A stretch of 64,000 nucleotides of DNA from Phaeosaccion multiseriatum (lineage: Eukaryota; Protista; Ochrophyta, other classes), in the NCBI GenBank assembly GCA_965112735.1, contig OZ218965.1:868001-932000 (forward strand). The letters are read 5' to 3'. How positions within the stretch are numbered: position 1 is the first letter of the stretch; each line of letters begins with the position of its first letter. This document shows positions 10,937 through 32,544 of this stretch, piece by piece. The notes below the pieces were generated by a model. The model saw only the letters and a program-made list of their open reading frames with translations, did not search any database and was not told where the DNA came from. The position numbers and the translations under genes were made by a program.

Positions 10937-12953
10937 GGTGGTGGTAGGAGAGCTTGGAGAGACAAAGGCGTCGTCTTGGCAGGGCAGAGTTGGTTGTGAT
11001 GCCCTAGGGAGGGAGTATGTCCTGTCATTCCAAGATACCTCTCAAATAAATAAAAGGCTCCAAGTGCGGCCTGACCACCTGATTGTGAGGGGCTCCGGGT
11101 TGGGATACCAGGCCAGTCCTTATAATCCTTCCACCATTCCTCGCTGTGCTGCGGCATGGGAGGAGATGGCTATGGTCTACACTGTGGCGACTGCCGTGTT
11201 CTGCGCTATGCTGCGTCTTCCCAACGCCGTCGGGCACGCGGTGAGTGGCGCGTGCAGGTGCGCTTGTGTGGCCTTTGAGCCCCGTGTTCTCTGGCTCCGC
11301 AGCAGGTGGTGTCTGGGCCTCCCGGTGATGGACCTTGTGGGGAATGTAAGTGCTGAGAGCGCCGTCGCTCTCGTGACTCGCAGCACGTAACTTGTCCACA
11401 GTGTGACGGGTGCTCGCTCGCTCTGCTCCACTCGATGGTCACCTCGTCCCCGTTACTTGCTCCTTCGTTGCGGATGTGGCCTCTGATTGCGGCGATCTTG
11501 CAGTCCTTGTTCCCAATACCGGAGGCGCAGATTATGAGTACTACTACTATGATTAGGTTCGATTCGACACTTACCCTTCCCCTTCGTTCCCTTCTCGCGA
11601 GCCATAATCTTGCTTCGTCGCTCGTGCCCAGATCTGCGCGGCGTCCGGCCACTGCTGTCTCGATCTTTCACACGATGCCTGCACAGCGGATGAGGACGAA
11701 GAAGGCGTACGAGGTGGGTGTGGTGCGCATGCCTCCTGCTCACCGATCTGACCCCCCCGTGTGGCCTGCCTGAGCTCTTGCTCACACCCTCCGCCCTTGA
11801 TCTTTGCTTTGCTGCTCTACGCTTCTATGTGTGCTATGTGTGTGCTGCGCGCACGCTCAGGGGCTTTGCCGACTGCGTCACCACCACTAGCTACAGAGGA
11901 GACTGGTGCCACGGGAGATTTGACGGGCGTGCCATTGAACTCTGGTGGCGCAGCAGAGGGAGCGAGCGCATGGGCACCTGGAGTGTTCGATCCGTGCTTC
12001 TCCTGAGAGGGAAGGAGGTGCGAAATAAGGTCGTGTAGTAGCGTCTTGAAGTTGGGCGGGATTGGAGGAGAGCAGAGCTGCACGGCTTGAGGGCCTCAAC
12101 GCGATCGAGAAGGATGCGCAGGTAAGGCAGAGGAAGGATAGAAGGAGGAAAGAGAGCCGAAGAAAGGTACTACCCCGCGTGATGTTCTCAGAACATGATA
12201 AATATATCAATACCCATTGAATAGTCGTGGCCCACGATCCTGCTCCCTCTCTGCTAGTCGTGCATGCCGCCTGCCTCACGGAGCCAGACTCGTTGACACA
12301 GTCACCCATCGCTTCACCGCCCCCCCTTGATTTACGCTCCTCGTCAGCCTCGCTCTTCGCAACTCCCGCCGCAAGTTTGGCTGCCTCTCTTCTCCGTCAG
12401 GCCCTTTTGTGCGCTCATAGTGCCCGCACTATGTTGCCAAACCCAACAATATCTCCTCTCTCCTCGGATTATCTCGGGCCCTTATCCTCGCTCGCTCTCC
12501 GAAGCAACCCGGGCACGTCGCTAGTCGAAGCAGTTTGTACGCTATACCAGCGGATCTTCTTTTTTAAAATCCTGAGTCTCGACGCCTGCACAGGATGGTC
12601 TCTCGGATCGCCGCCGAGACCTCTGGCAATCAGCCTCTACCGTAGAGCTGGTTGCCTTACCAATACGCCCACTTAGCCATCTAGCCTCTGATTCACTCAT
12701 TCACTTTAATGATGTGCGCCTTTACGCCCCCACTGTCATCTACACCTCTCTATCGCCGTGAGAAGGCAGAGCGGACGGGGATCAACGCAGACAGGGGCGC
12801 GGGGAAGGAAAGGTTCGGTGTAATCGGCAATACGGCGACAACGGAAGAGCGCCGCTTCAACAACCAACTCGAAGCAATTGCCAGTGTGTTGATTGCGTGA
12901 TTCAATTATGTGTTATCCTGACCCCGGCTTATCCTGGGGTTGTCATTTATCCT

Positions 12954-13528
12954 CTACCATCCATGGCCATGTCCATGACCGTAGCCGTGCCACCCACGGA
13001 GGGTTCTTGCGTGCCATCCACCGTACTTCTTGTGGCCGTACTTCTTGTGGCCGCCCCAGCCGGACCCAGAGCCCCAGCCAGAGCCAGAGCCGGAGCCGGA
13101 GCCAGAGCCTGACCAGGACCCAGAGCCGGACCTCCAGCTGTGCATGTGCGAACGGAGCGCGAGGAGGGCAACATGGCCAAAGTGAAGAAGGAAGACGAAC
13201 GAAGACGAACGAGTCCGAGTCGAGGCCCGTCACGGGGCAGTGGAGAGGAAGAAAGAGAGGTGCGATGGGTAGCCACACGAAGAGGTAACGAAGAGAGGAG
13301 AAGACGCGAAGCGAAGTCAGTATCGAGCGCAAGAGACCAGACAAGATAGACAGCCACGCAGAGACAAAGAAGAGGAAGAGAAGAGCGGAGCAAGCTGGGT
13401 CACAATGCGTATGTCTTTGTTTCAAGCACTCACAGTTCACGCTGGTCCTCCTCGGCGAGCGGCACGGTGGCGCCAGTGACGAGAGCGAGGGCGGCGATGA
13501 AGCCCAGGAGCACGTGCATGATGTTCAT
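12954..13528 (-). CDS. Secreted RxL-propeptide peptide precursor P3 (92 aa; internal ARTLR site)
   Basis: Exon 1 13528-13434, intron 13433-13138. Exon 2 13137-12954: [60 protein letters not shown]. Confidence 0.88.
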
Positions 13529-15299
13529 GGTGGTGGTAGAGAGCTTGGAGAGACAAAGGCGTTGTCTTGGGAGGGTAGGGTTGGTTGTGATGCCCTAGGG
13601 AGGGGGTATGTCATTTCCAAGATATTTTGGTATCTCTCAAATAAAAGACTCCAAGGGCGCTTTGAACCGACCACCCGACTGGAGGGGCTCCGGGTTGGGA
13701 TGCCAGGCCAGTCCTTACAATCCTTCCCATTCCTCGCTGTACTGCGGCATGGGAGGAGATGGCCATGGTCTACAGTGCGGCGATTGCCGTGCTCCTCGCT
13801 AAGCTGCGTCTTCCCAACGCCGTCGGGCACGCGGTGAGTGGCCTCCCGGTGATGGACTTTGTGGGGAATGTAAGTGCTCAGAGAGTCTTGCTCTCGTGCC
13901 TCGCAGCACGTACTTGTCCACGGTGTGACGGGTGCTCGCTCTGCTCCACTCGATGGTTACCTCGTCCCCGTCACTTGCTCCTTCGTGGCGAATGTGGCTT
14001 CAGATTGCGGCGATCTTGCAGTCCTTGTTACCAATACCGGAGGCGCAGATTATGAGTACTACTACTGTGATTAGGTTCGACTCGACACTTACCCCTTTCT
14101 CACGAGCCATCATCTTGCTTCGTCGCTCGTGCCCAGACCTGCGCGGCGTCCGGCCACTGCTGTCTCGACCTTTCACGCGACGCCTGCACAGCGGATGAGG
14201 ACGAAGAAGGCGTACAAGGTGGGCGTGGTGCGTATGCCTTCTGCTCACCGATCCGACCCCCCCTTGCGGCCTGCATGAGCTCTCGCTCATACCCTCCGCC
14301 CTTGATCTTTGCTTTATTGCTCTACGCTACTATGTGCTGCGTGCACGCTCAGGGACTTTGCCGACCGCGCCACCGCGGCACTAGCTACAGAGGAGACTGC
14401 TCCCACAGGGGATTTGACGGGCGTTCTATTGAGCTCTGGTGGCGCAGTAGAGGGAGCGAGCGCATGGGCACCTGGAGTGTTCGATCCGTGCTTCTCCTGC
14501 AGCGCGTTTGGCTGCGTCTTCCCCACCCTTGTGCCCGCTCACAGTGCCCGTCTTTGTTCTTCCTCGCTTCCTCTTTGAAGCGACTTCTACTTCCACACGT
14601 GCGTGAGTCCTCTTGCTTGATCCCAAGTCTCGATCTCGGCAGCGAATGGGGACAATGTCTCTCGAGCGGGAGGCGGATCGCCGCGGAGGCCTCTGGCAAA
14701 ACTGAGGCCTTCATTTATTTCCCAGGAGGCCCACCCAAAAAGACCTACCCATAACTCAAAAACCTGGATTATTCTGCCAAGAAGCTGTTTGCTTCGCCTT
14801 CACGCCCCCACTGGCTCATCTACGCCTCTCCATTCGCTCAGCGGCTTGTTGCTGCTGGGCCGGGTCAACGCCTCTCGGTCAAGCACCGCCCAGGTTAGTA
14901 AGTGCTACGGATGGATGGCCTGCTTGCTGATAGACCGCTCGTGTGTGGCTTGTGGAGCAGGCCTGCTGCCCCCCCCCCCCAACTCTCCCCTCGTTCAGGA
15001 CGCTGGTCGCCTCAACCCTCTTTGACGAAGGTCCTTCTCCTCACTGTCTCCTCCCTTTCCAACCGATGCAACTCTAACCCTGTAGTCCCTTGTGTTCCTG
15101 ACTTTCGAATGCCTTCCATCCATCTGGCTGTGCTTCACTTGCTCAGCTTGCGTGTGCCCCAGACGCAGACGCAGGACGCGCGGAGGCCTTCGACACGAGC
15201 GAGCAGTAGCCCCGAGGTCAAGGCGTCAGGTGGTTCTCCCTCCGCACCTCGAGCAAGAAGGGGAAGGCGAGTGTCTGGCCGCAGGCGATCATAGGTAAT

Positions 15300-15870
15300 G
15301 GCAGATGTACTGTGGAAAGGTGCGCTAAGTCTGAATTCCGCGAAGGGCTTTGCCGTCGACTTGGTGGGGCCCGCTTCTGCTCTGTGCAGGGCTGCGGCAC
15401 GCATGCGAAGAACGGAGGCGTTCGTGTGAAGGTGAAGCGCTGCCGCATAGAGGGGTGCCAGAAGCAGGCAGCGAGGAGGCGGTTGCATTTCTCATGGGGC
15501 TCAGGTCAAGCGCTGCCGCGTTGGAGAGTGTGATAAGCTGGCGCGCGGAGGGACGTGCAACGGCATGTGCGAGAGGCATGCGCGCATCAGCAGCGAGGGA
15601 GGAGGCAGAGGAGAGAGACAGCGCGCGCTGAAGACAGCCTCCCCCGCAATGGCCGCGAGGAGGGCGAGGCGTGCACGGGAGGGAAGGGCAAGAAGCGAGG
15701 AGGGAGGAAGTCTCGCACCGCCTCTAGCCCTGCTGCCGCTGCTCGTGCACAGGGGTAAGGGTAAGGGGGGGAGCAGCCCAATAGCCGTCGTGCAGCGAAG
15801 AAGAGGAAGGCACGCCGCGTGGGGGACGAGGTCCGGCTGCCGAAGCGGTTCCGCAGGTACCGCTGAGTGA
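15300..15870 (+). pseudogene. Frameshifted copy of the WRKY19-like zinc-finger gene
   Basis: Near-identical to 9047-9619, but with a 2-bp deletion (gaagcaggtgcagcg to gaagcaggcagcg near 15468) and a Cys-to-Arg change (GGVCVK to GGVRVK). Confidence 0.7.
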
Positions 15871-16439
15871 CTATTTGTGCGCCGACGGGCTCAGAGAGAT
15901 GGCGGGACGTGAGATGAACAGAAGGTTGTGATTGGCGTTATAGAGGGCGATGTGGAGTGCCTTGAGTCTTGAACTGAAGAGGGAATGGAGAGGAGCAGGG
16001 CTGCATGTGGGAGTTAGACGACCTCGTTTGTCTTCTACTCGCCGGGGATGGGTCCGTGAAGAGGCAGCGATTGAGCAATAATGGCGTGGCTGCTAGGGCA
16101 CCCTCCTCAGCTGCCGAGGCTTTAGGCCACCGAGATTCCCTTGGCGGCAAGTCCATGCAGAGCATGCAGGGCGTTGGGGCGCAGAGAGCTAACACATACC
16201 GAATACATATTACGACCTGTCGCTACGCCTCCTTCTTCTCTCCAATCAGCAGGTATACAGTAGCATGAGGACAGTAGCAGAGGATCAGGGCGGGGAGGAA
16301 GCGCAGAGATGCGCGCGAAGGGAAAGCAGGGAGCGACGCTGATAAAGCAGCATTGCGAGCGTTGAGGGGTGAAAATTGTGTTTAAATTAGATATGCCCGG
16401 CTTATCCTGGAGGTCACCCGTTTGTCTCTGTGGTCATAT

Positions 16440-17045
16440 TCACCATCCGTATCCGTGCTTGTGGCCGCGGTATCCGCCCCACGAGCCAGACCCAGAGCCG
16501 GACCCAGAGCGCCAGGAGCCTGAGCGAGAGCCTGAGCCGGAGCCAGAGCTGGAGCCGGACCAGCTGTGCGTGTGGGAAAGGAGCGCGAGGAGGGAAAAAC
16601 GGCCAAAGCGAGGCGTACCCAGAGGCGACGAGGAAGACGAACGAGTCCGAGTCGAGGCCCGTCACGGCAGAGGAAGAAGAGAGGCGCGAAGCGTAGCCAC
16701 AGGAGGAGGTGACGAAGAGAGAGGAAGACGCGAAGCGAAGTCCGTGTCGAGCGCAGGTCACGGAAGAGGAAGAAGAGAGGCGCGAAGCGTAGCCACAGGA
16801 GGAGGTGACGAAGGGAGAGGAGAAGACGCGAAGCGAAGTCAGTGTCGAGCGCAAGAGACCAGACAAGCTAGACACAGGCACGCAGAGACAAAGAAAAGGA
16901 AGAAAAGAGCGGGGGCACAAATGTGCATGTCCAATCCTTCCAGCACTTACAGTTCACGCTGGTCCTCCTCGGCGAGCGGCACGGTGGCGCCAGTGACGAG
17001 GGCGAGGGCGGCGATGAAGCCCAGGAGCACGTGCATGATGTTCAT
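16440..17045 (-). CDS. Secreted RxL-propeptide peptide precursor P4 (72 aa)
   Basis: Exon 1 17045-16951, intron GTAAGT...CAG 16950-16564. Exon 2 16563-16440: [40 protein letters not shown]. Confidence 0.88.
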
Positions 17046-17538
17046 GATGGTGGTAGGAGAGGTTGGAGAGACAAAGGCGTTGTCTTGGCAGGGTAGGGTT
17101 GGTTGTGATGCCCTAGGAAGGGGGCATGTCCTGTCATTTCCAAGGTAAATATAAGGCTCCAAGGGCGCTTTGGCCCGACCACCCGATTGGAGGGGCTCCG
17201 GGTTGGGATGCCAGGCCAGTCCTTACAATCCTTCCCATTCCTTGTACTGCGGCATGGGAGGAGATGGCCATGGTCTACAGTGCGGCGATTGCCGTGCTCC
17301 TCGCTATGCTGCGTCTTCCCAACGCCGTCGGGCACGCGGTGAGTGGCCTCCCGGTGATGGACTTTGTGGGGAATGTAAGTGCTGAGAGCGTCATTGCTCT
17401 TGTACTCGCAGCACGTACTTGTCCACGGTGTGACGGGTGCTCGCTCTGCTCCACTCGATGGTCACCTCTTCCCCGTCACTTTCTCCTTCGTGGCGAATGT
17501 GCCTTCAGATTGCGGCGATCTTGCAGTCCTTGTTACCA

Positions 17539-17793
17539 TCGGCCCTGGAAGAGGTTATCAGATTACTGATTACGGCCGGCGCAGCCGGCCTGATTACTGA
17601 TTATGGCGCCAGCCGGGCCTGATTACTGATTATGGCCGGCGCCAGCCGGGTCTGATTACTGATTATGACCGGCGCCAGCCGGCCTGATTACTGATTATGA
17701 CGGGCGCTAGCCGGCCTGATTACTGATTATTGGCGCCAGCCGGCCTGATTACTGATTATGACCGGCGCACACTGTAACCTCTTCCAGGGCCGA
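17539..17793. mobile_element. MITE (255 bp) with 19-bp TIR, 6-bp TSD TTACCA and internal ~30-bp tandem repeats
   Basis: TIR tcggccctggaagaggtta (17539-17557) and taacctcttccagggccga (17775-17793). TTACCA at 17533-17538 and 17794-17799. Empty paralogous site gtccttgttaccaataccgg at ~14021-14040. Interior is (gattactgattatggcgccagccggcct)-like repeats. Confidence 0.9.
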
Positions 17794-19475
17794 TTACCAA
17801 TACCGGAGGCGCAGATTATGAGTACTGATTTGACACTTACCCCTTTCTCGGGAGCCATAATCTTGCTTCGTCGCTCGTGCCCAGACCTGCGCGGCGTCCG
17901 ACCACTGCTGTCTCGACCTTTCACGCGACGCCTGCACAGCGGATGAGGACGAACAAGGCGTACAAGGTGGGCGTGGTGCGCATGCCTCCTGCTCACGGAT
18001 CCGACCCCCCCTTGCGGCCTGCATGAGCTCTCGCTCATACCCTCTGCCCTTGATTTTTGCTTTGTTGCTCAACGCTACCATGTGCTGCGCGCACGCTCAA
18101 GGGCTTTGCCGACCGCGCCACCGGCACTAGCTACCGAGGAGACTGTTCCCACGGGGGATTTGACGGGCGTGGCATTGAACTCTGGTGGCGCAGAAGAGGG
18201 AGCGAGCGCATGGGCACCTGGAGTGTTCGATCCGTGCTTCTCCTGAGAGGGAAGGAGGAGCGAGATAAGGTCACGTAGCAGCATCTTGAAGCTGGGAGGA
18301 ATTGGAGGAGAGCAGGGCTGCACGTCTTCAGGGCCTCGACGCGATCGAGTGGGATACGCAGGTAAGGTAGAGGAAGGAGAAGGAGGAAAGAGAGCCGAAG
18401 AAAGGTACTACCCCGCGTGATGTTCTCAGAACATGATAAATATATCAATACCAATGGAATAGTGGTGTCCCAAGATCCTGTTCCATCTCTGCTAGTCGTA
18501 TATATATGCCGCCTGCCTCACGGAGTCAGACTCGTTGGTACCGTCACCCATCGCTTCGCCGCCCCCCCTGGATCCGCGCTCCTCGTCAGCCTCGCTCATC
18601 GCGACTCCTGTAAGCGAGCTAGGCTGTTTCTCTTCTCCGCCAGGCCCTTTTGCGCGCCCATAGTGCACGCACTTTGTTGCCAAACCCAACAATATCTCCT
18701 CTCTCCTCTCCATTGTTTCGGGCTTTTCTCCTCGCTCGCTCTCCGAAGCAACCCGGGCACGTCGCTAGCCGAAGCGGTTTCTACGCTACATGAGCGGGTT
18801 CTCTTCTCCAAATCCTGAGTCTCGACGCCTGCACAATGAACGGAGACAAGTGTCTCGGATCGCCGCCGATGCCTCTGGCAAATCTGAGGCCTTCATTTGT
18901 TCCCCAGGGGCCCCACCCCCAAAAAGCGCTGACCCCCTGAGTCTACACCTACTTAACTTCTGCGCTGCGCTGCAGAGTAAGTAGCTCATGTGCTGGGACA
19001 CTTGGACTCTACAGTAGTGTTGCTTGCGTCACCGTCACGCCTACTTAGTCATCTACGCCTCTTCATTCGCTGTATGAGCTTGTTGCTGCTGGGCCAGGTC
19101 AACGCCTCTCTTGGGAGATGGCTCCAAAGGCCTCAAATGTGCTCCTGAAGCTGAGCCCTGGAGAAGGATGCGATCCTTCTCTCGTTTTTGTGTCGCACTC
19201 ATCCGTCAAGGATATGATTCTCCGGCCGATCCTGGCCGATCCCTCGAACACGTAAGATCCAAGAGGAAATCGCTGCCCTTCAGCTCTCTCATGTCTTGCT
19301 CACTCAGACTTCCCACCTGTGCGGCCTTCCCGTTCACCTCAGGGCGAAGCTCGTGCAGGTGCGCCTGCGCTTCATTGGGTGCTGGATAGACACCCTGCAT
19401 AGCTTTTGTATCCTCCTGATCAGCTTGAGGAAGACGGTGGAGCAGAAGGGGGGAAGGGGCTCGCGTGGGAGGGGC

Positions 19476-20156
19476 ATGGCCACTGTGTGGCAAAGCTTAC
19501 TCAAGAGCAAAACGGCCACTGCAAGCACTAAGTGTGAGAAGGTTGCAGACCCTCGGCTCGATCAACCTCACCAAGGAAAGCCCGCCAGCTGGTATCGGGA
19601 AATCGCGCTCGACCTCACGGGCCGCCTTCCCGCCACGGTGGAAGGCTGGGGCTTTAAGGGGGTGGACATCCTCGACAGTAGGGCCTCCACGCATGCCGTC
19701 ACCGCGGCGGACTACGAAGTGGAGAGTATGTTCCCTCTGGGGTGGAGGGGTAAGAAGCCAAAAAGGTTGCAAGGGGTGGTAGCGGCATCGGCGGCGCCCG
19801 CCGAGAGACCAGCAAAGAGGGCAAGAGCGTGCAGCATAGGCAGCAGCAACAGCATCGGCAGCAGCACCACCAGCAGCAGCACCAGCACCAGCAGCAGCAC
19901 CACCAGCACCACCAGCACCAGCACCAGCACCACCGCAAGCAGCACAAGCACCACAAGCAGCAGCAGTGCATGGGTTTCCACGGGCAGCACTCAGGAGGGG
20001 GAATTGCTGGACAAGGACTTCGAATCGGTGGTCCTCCTTCCGGCATGCCTCGAAGAAGAAGTGGGGGATAAGGATTACCGCCTGGCTGCTCGGTGTTTTC
20101 GCTGTAGGCTGGGTTGTCGCGTCTCGACGAGGATGGAAGCGGGCTCCGCCTGCTAA
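19476..20156 (+). CDS. Hypothetical intronless protein (226 aa) with a Ser/Thr tract
   Basis: Open frame MATVWQSLLKSK...GWGFKGVDILDSR...DYEVESMFPLGWRG...EAGSAC*. No recognised domain. Confidence 0.35.
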   Translation: MATVWQSLLKSKTATASTKCEKVADPRLDQPHQGKPASWYREIALDLTGRLPATVEGWGFKGVDILDSRASTHAVTAADYEVESMFPLGWRGKKPKRLQGVVAASAAPAERPAKRARACSIGSSNSIGSSTTSSSTSTSSSTTSTTSTSTSTTASSTSTTSSSSAWVSTGSTQEGELLDKDFESVVLLPACLEEEVGDKDYRLAARCFRCRLGCRVSTRMEAGSAC

Positions 20157-20264
20157 GCCCCTCGTCGCGCGCACAGCAGATTAGGGCACCCGGAGCGGCG
20201 CGTACAGAGCGAGTAAGTGGCCTTGAGGTTGGTTGGCCGCGCGATGATCATCCCCGCCGCGTTG

Positions 20265-21153
20265 CGAAGGTTGCACTCTGTACCCACAAGCCCCTCCGTT
20301 CCGCTTCCGGTCGCTGAGGAGTAAGTAGGCAGTCTTCTACGTGAAACGCTTCCCTCCCTGCTCGCGCAATCTCCGTAAGGAGCCAAGCTGAGCGGTATGC
20401 CTGTGGCATGGAAAGGCGAGAAAGTTCCATTGGGACTCACTCGCCCACCCTCGTGCCCAGCCTCTGCGCCACAGTCCCGCCTACTGCCGCGAGTGGCAAT
20501 AGGCGGGCAGGGCGGCAAGAGAGCAGGAAGGTGAAGGGCAAGCGTTTCAAGTAGAAGACTCGCCTACTTACTCCTCAGCGACAGGAAGCTCGAACGGAGG
20601 AGTGAAAAGGATACAGGTGCCTTCCTTGAGAAGGGGGTGGGAGTGCGGCCATTGGGGGCTTGGTTTATCTTCACTGGCATGGCTGGACGGTCGTCTGTTT
20701 GGAGCGCTTAGTCGCCCGGCCGTTAAACTTTTTGTTTCCGGCATGTAGATAGGGGATTGATTGGGTTGGGGCGAGGGGATTGCCTTCTCGCACACTCATT
20801 GGTGGCAATGCTTCGAAAGACCTTCGCTTGCTTTGCTTCTGTGACTTTCCTGTCTCGGCTTCCTGTGGGGGTGACATTCGGGCTGCGGGCAGACAGACAT
20901 GCATTTAATCCATCTCAGCATCGCTGCTGAATCCAGCGGCTGAGATGGGCGGATGCGTGTGCGCCATTCCGGATACGGAATAGAGCACACACGCACCCGC
21001 GCTGTCTGTCGCAATGCCCTGCGCTCGCTTGGACCCCCCCCAAGGAGTCGAGACACACGAAACGAGCGGAGCAAGGTAGCGGAAGGGTGAGAGCTGAACC
21101 GCCAACAAGACGAGTTAAGTTTTGTGAAGCCCCCCCCCCCGTTGGGGGAGGAG
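20265..21153 (-). repeat. Hairpin-rich dispersed repeat or candidate structured RNA element
   Basis: Imperfect inverted repeat ~20290-20355 versus ~20520-20600, plus stems at 20476-20507, 20909-20947 and 20949-21000. 21041-21153 recurs inverted at 63892-64000. Confidence 0.65.
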
Positions 21154-21466
21154 AAGGACAAGATGGGCTTTATTTTTGTCGAGGTAGGAGGCCCAGCAGG
21201 AGGGAGAGGGCCTCCTTTCTTCTTATTTTGTTCCTTTTTTGTACACGATACAAATTATATTCAACTTTTTTTCCTTCATTATTATTTACTCTTTTCTCTT
21301 CTTCAGTACATACATTTCTAAAATTACTTTTAATGAGTCTGCACACTGCACCTCCACGACGCTGAGACACTAGCTGCTCTCCTGGGACACACCACACGAA
21401 AAGGGTTCTCGTTGACTTACTGTCCCATTTTGGGCCTCCATTGGGAAGTATATTTCATTCATTAAA

Positions 21467-32460
<10,994 letters not shown>

Positions 32461-32503
32461 CTTCTCTTTTTAAGCTTTTGTAATGGGGGGTATATTTTTA
32501 TAT

Positions 32504-32544
32504 TACACCCTTAAGTGCCATCTATGGTTGTCTAAAAGTAATGA
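32504..32544. promoter_or_regulatory. 41-bp element upstream of the beta-galactosidase ATG, shared with 36342-36382
   Basis: tacacccttaagtgccatctatggttgtctaaaagtaatga; 38/41 identical to the second copy. The regulatory role is an inference. Confidence 0.4.

Larger units (their letters stand above)
6151..19110. repeat. Nested tandem segmental duplication: four ~2.3-2.9 kb units (A1, B1, A2, B2) arranged as two ~6.25 kb higher-order copies
   Basis: ggacagtagcagaggatcagggcggggaggaagcgca occurs at 6151, 10018 and 16269. 8706-10250 is near-identical to 14961-16500 (offset about 6251). The peptide gene plus about 1 kb upstream recurs four times. Confidence 0.92.

Noticed and set aside
17558-17770. 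CRISPR-like short direct repeats
   Set aside because: The intervening sequences are near-identical rather than unique spacers, there are no cas genes, and the array sits inside a TIR/TSD element in a eukaryote.
20310-20350. Hammerhead-like CTGAGGA...GAAAC in both arms of the inverted repeat
   Set aside because: Stem II does not close directly on the core, and I could not build a stem I with a correctly placed NUH site for any hammerhead topology.
20410-20665. RNase MRP/P- or SRP-like motifs (GAAAGTTCC...GGGGGCTT; ctccGTAAggag)
   Set aside because: Only partial matches, and the conserved regions and SRP helix 8 consensus are not met. An Infernal search would be needed.
21130-21165. Helitron 3' end at the repeat terminus (hairpin)
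   Set aside because: A hairpin is present, but neither copy has a CTRR end or an A|T insertion site.
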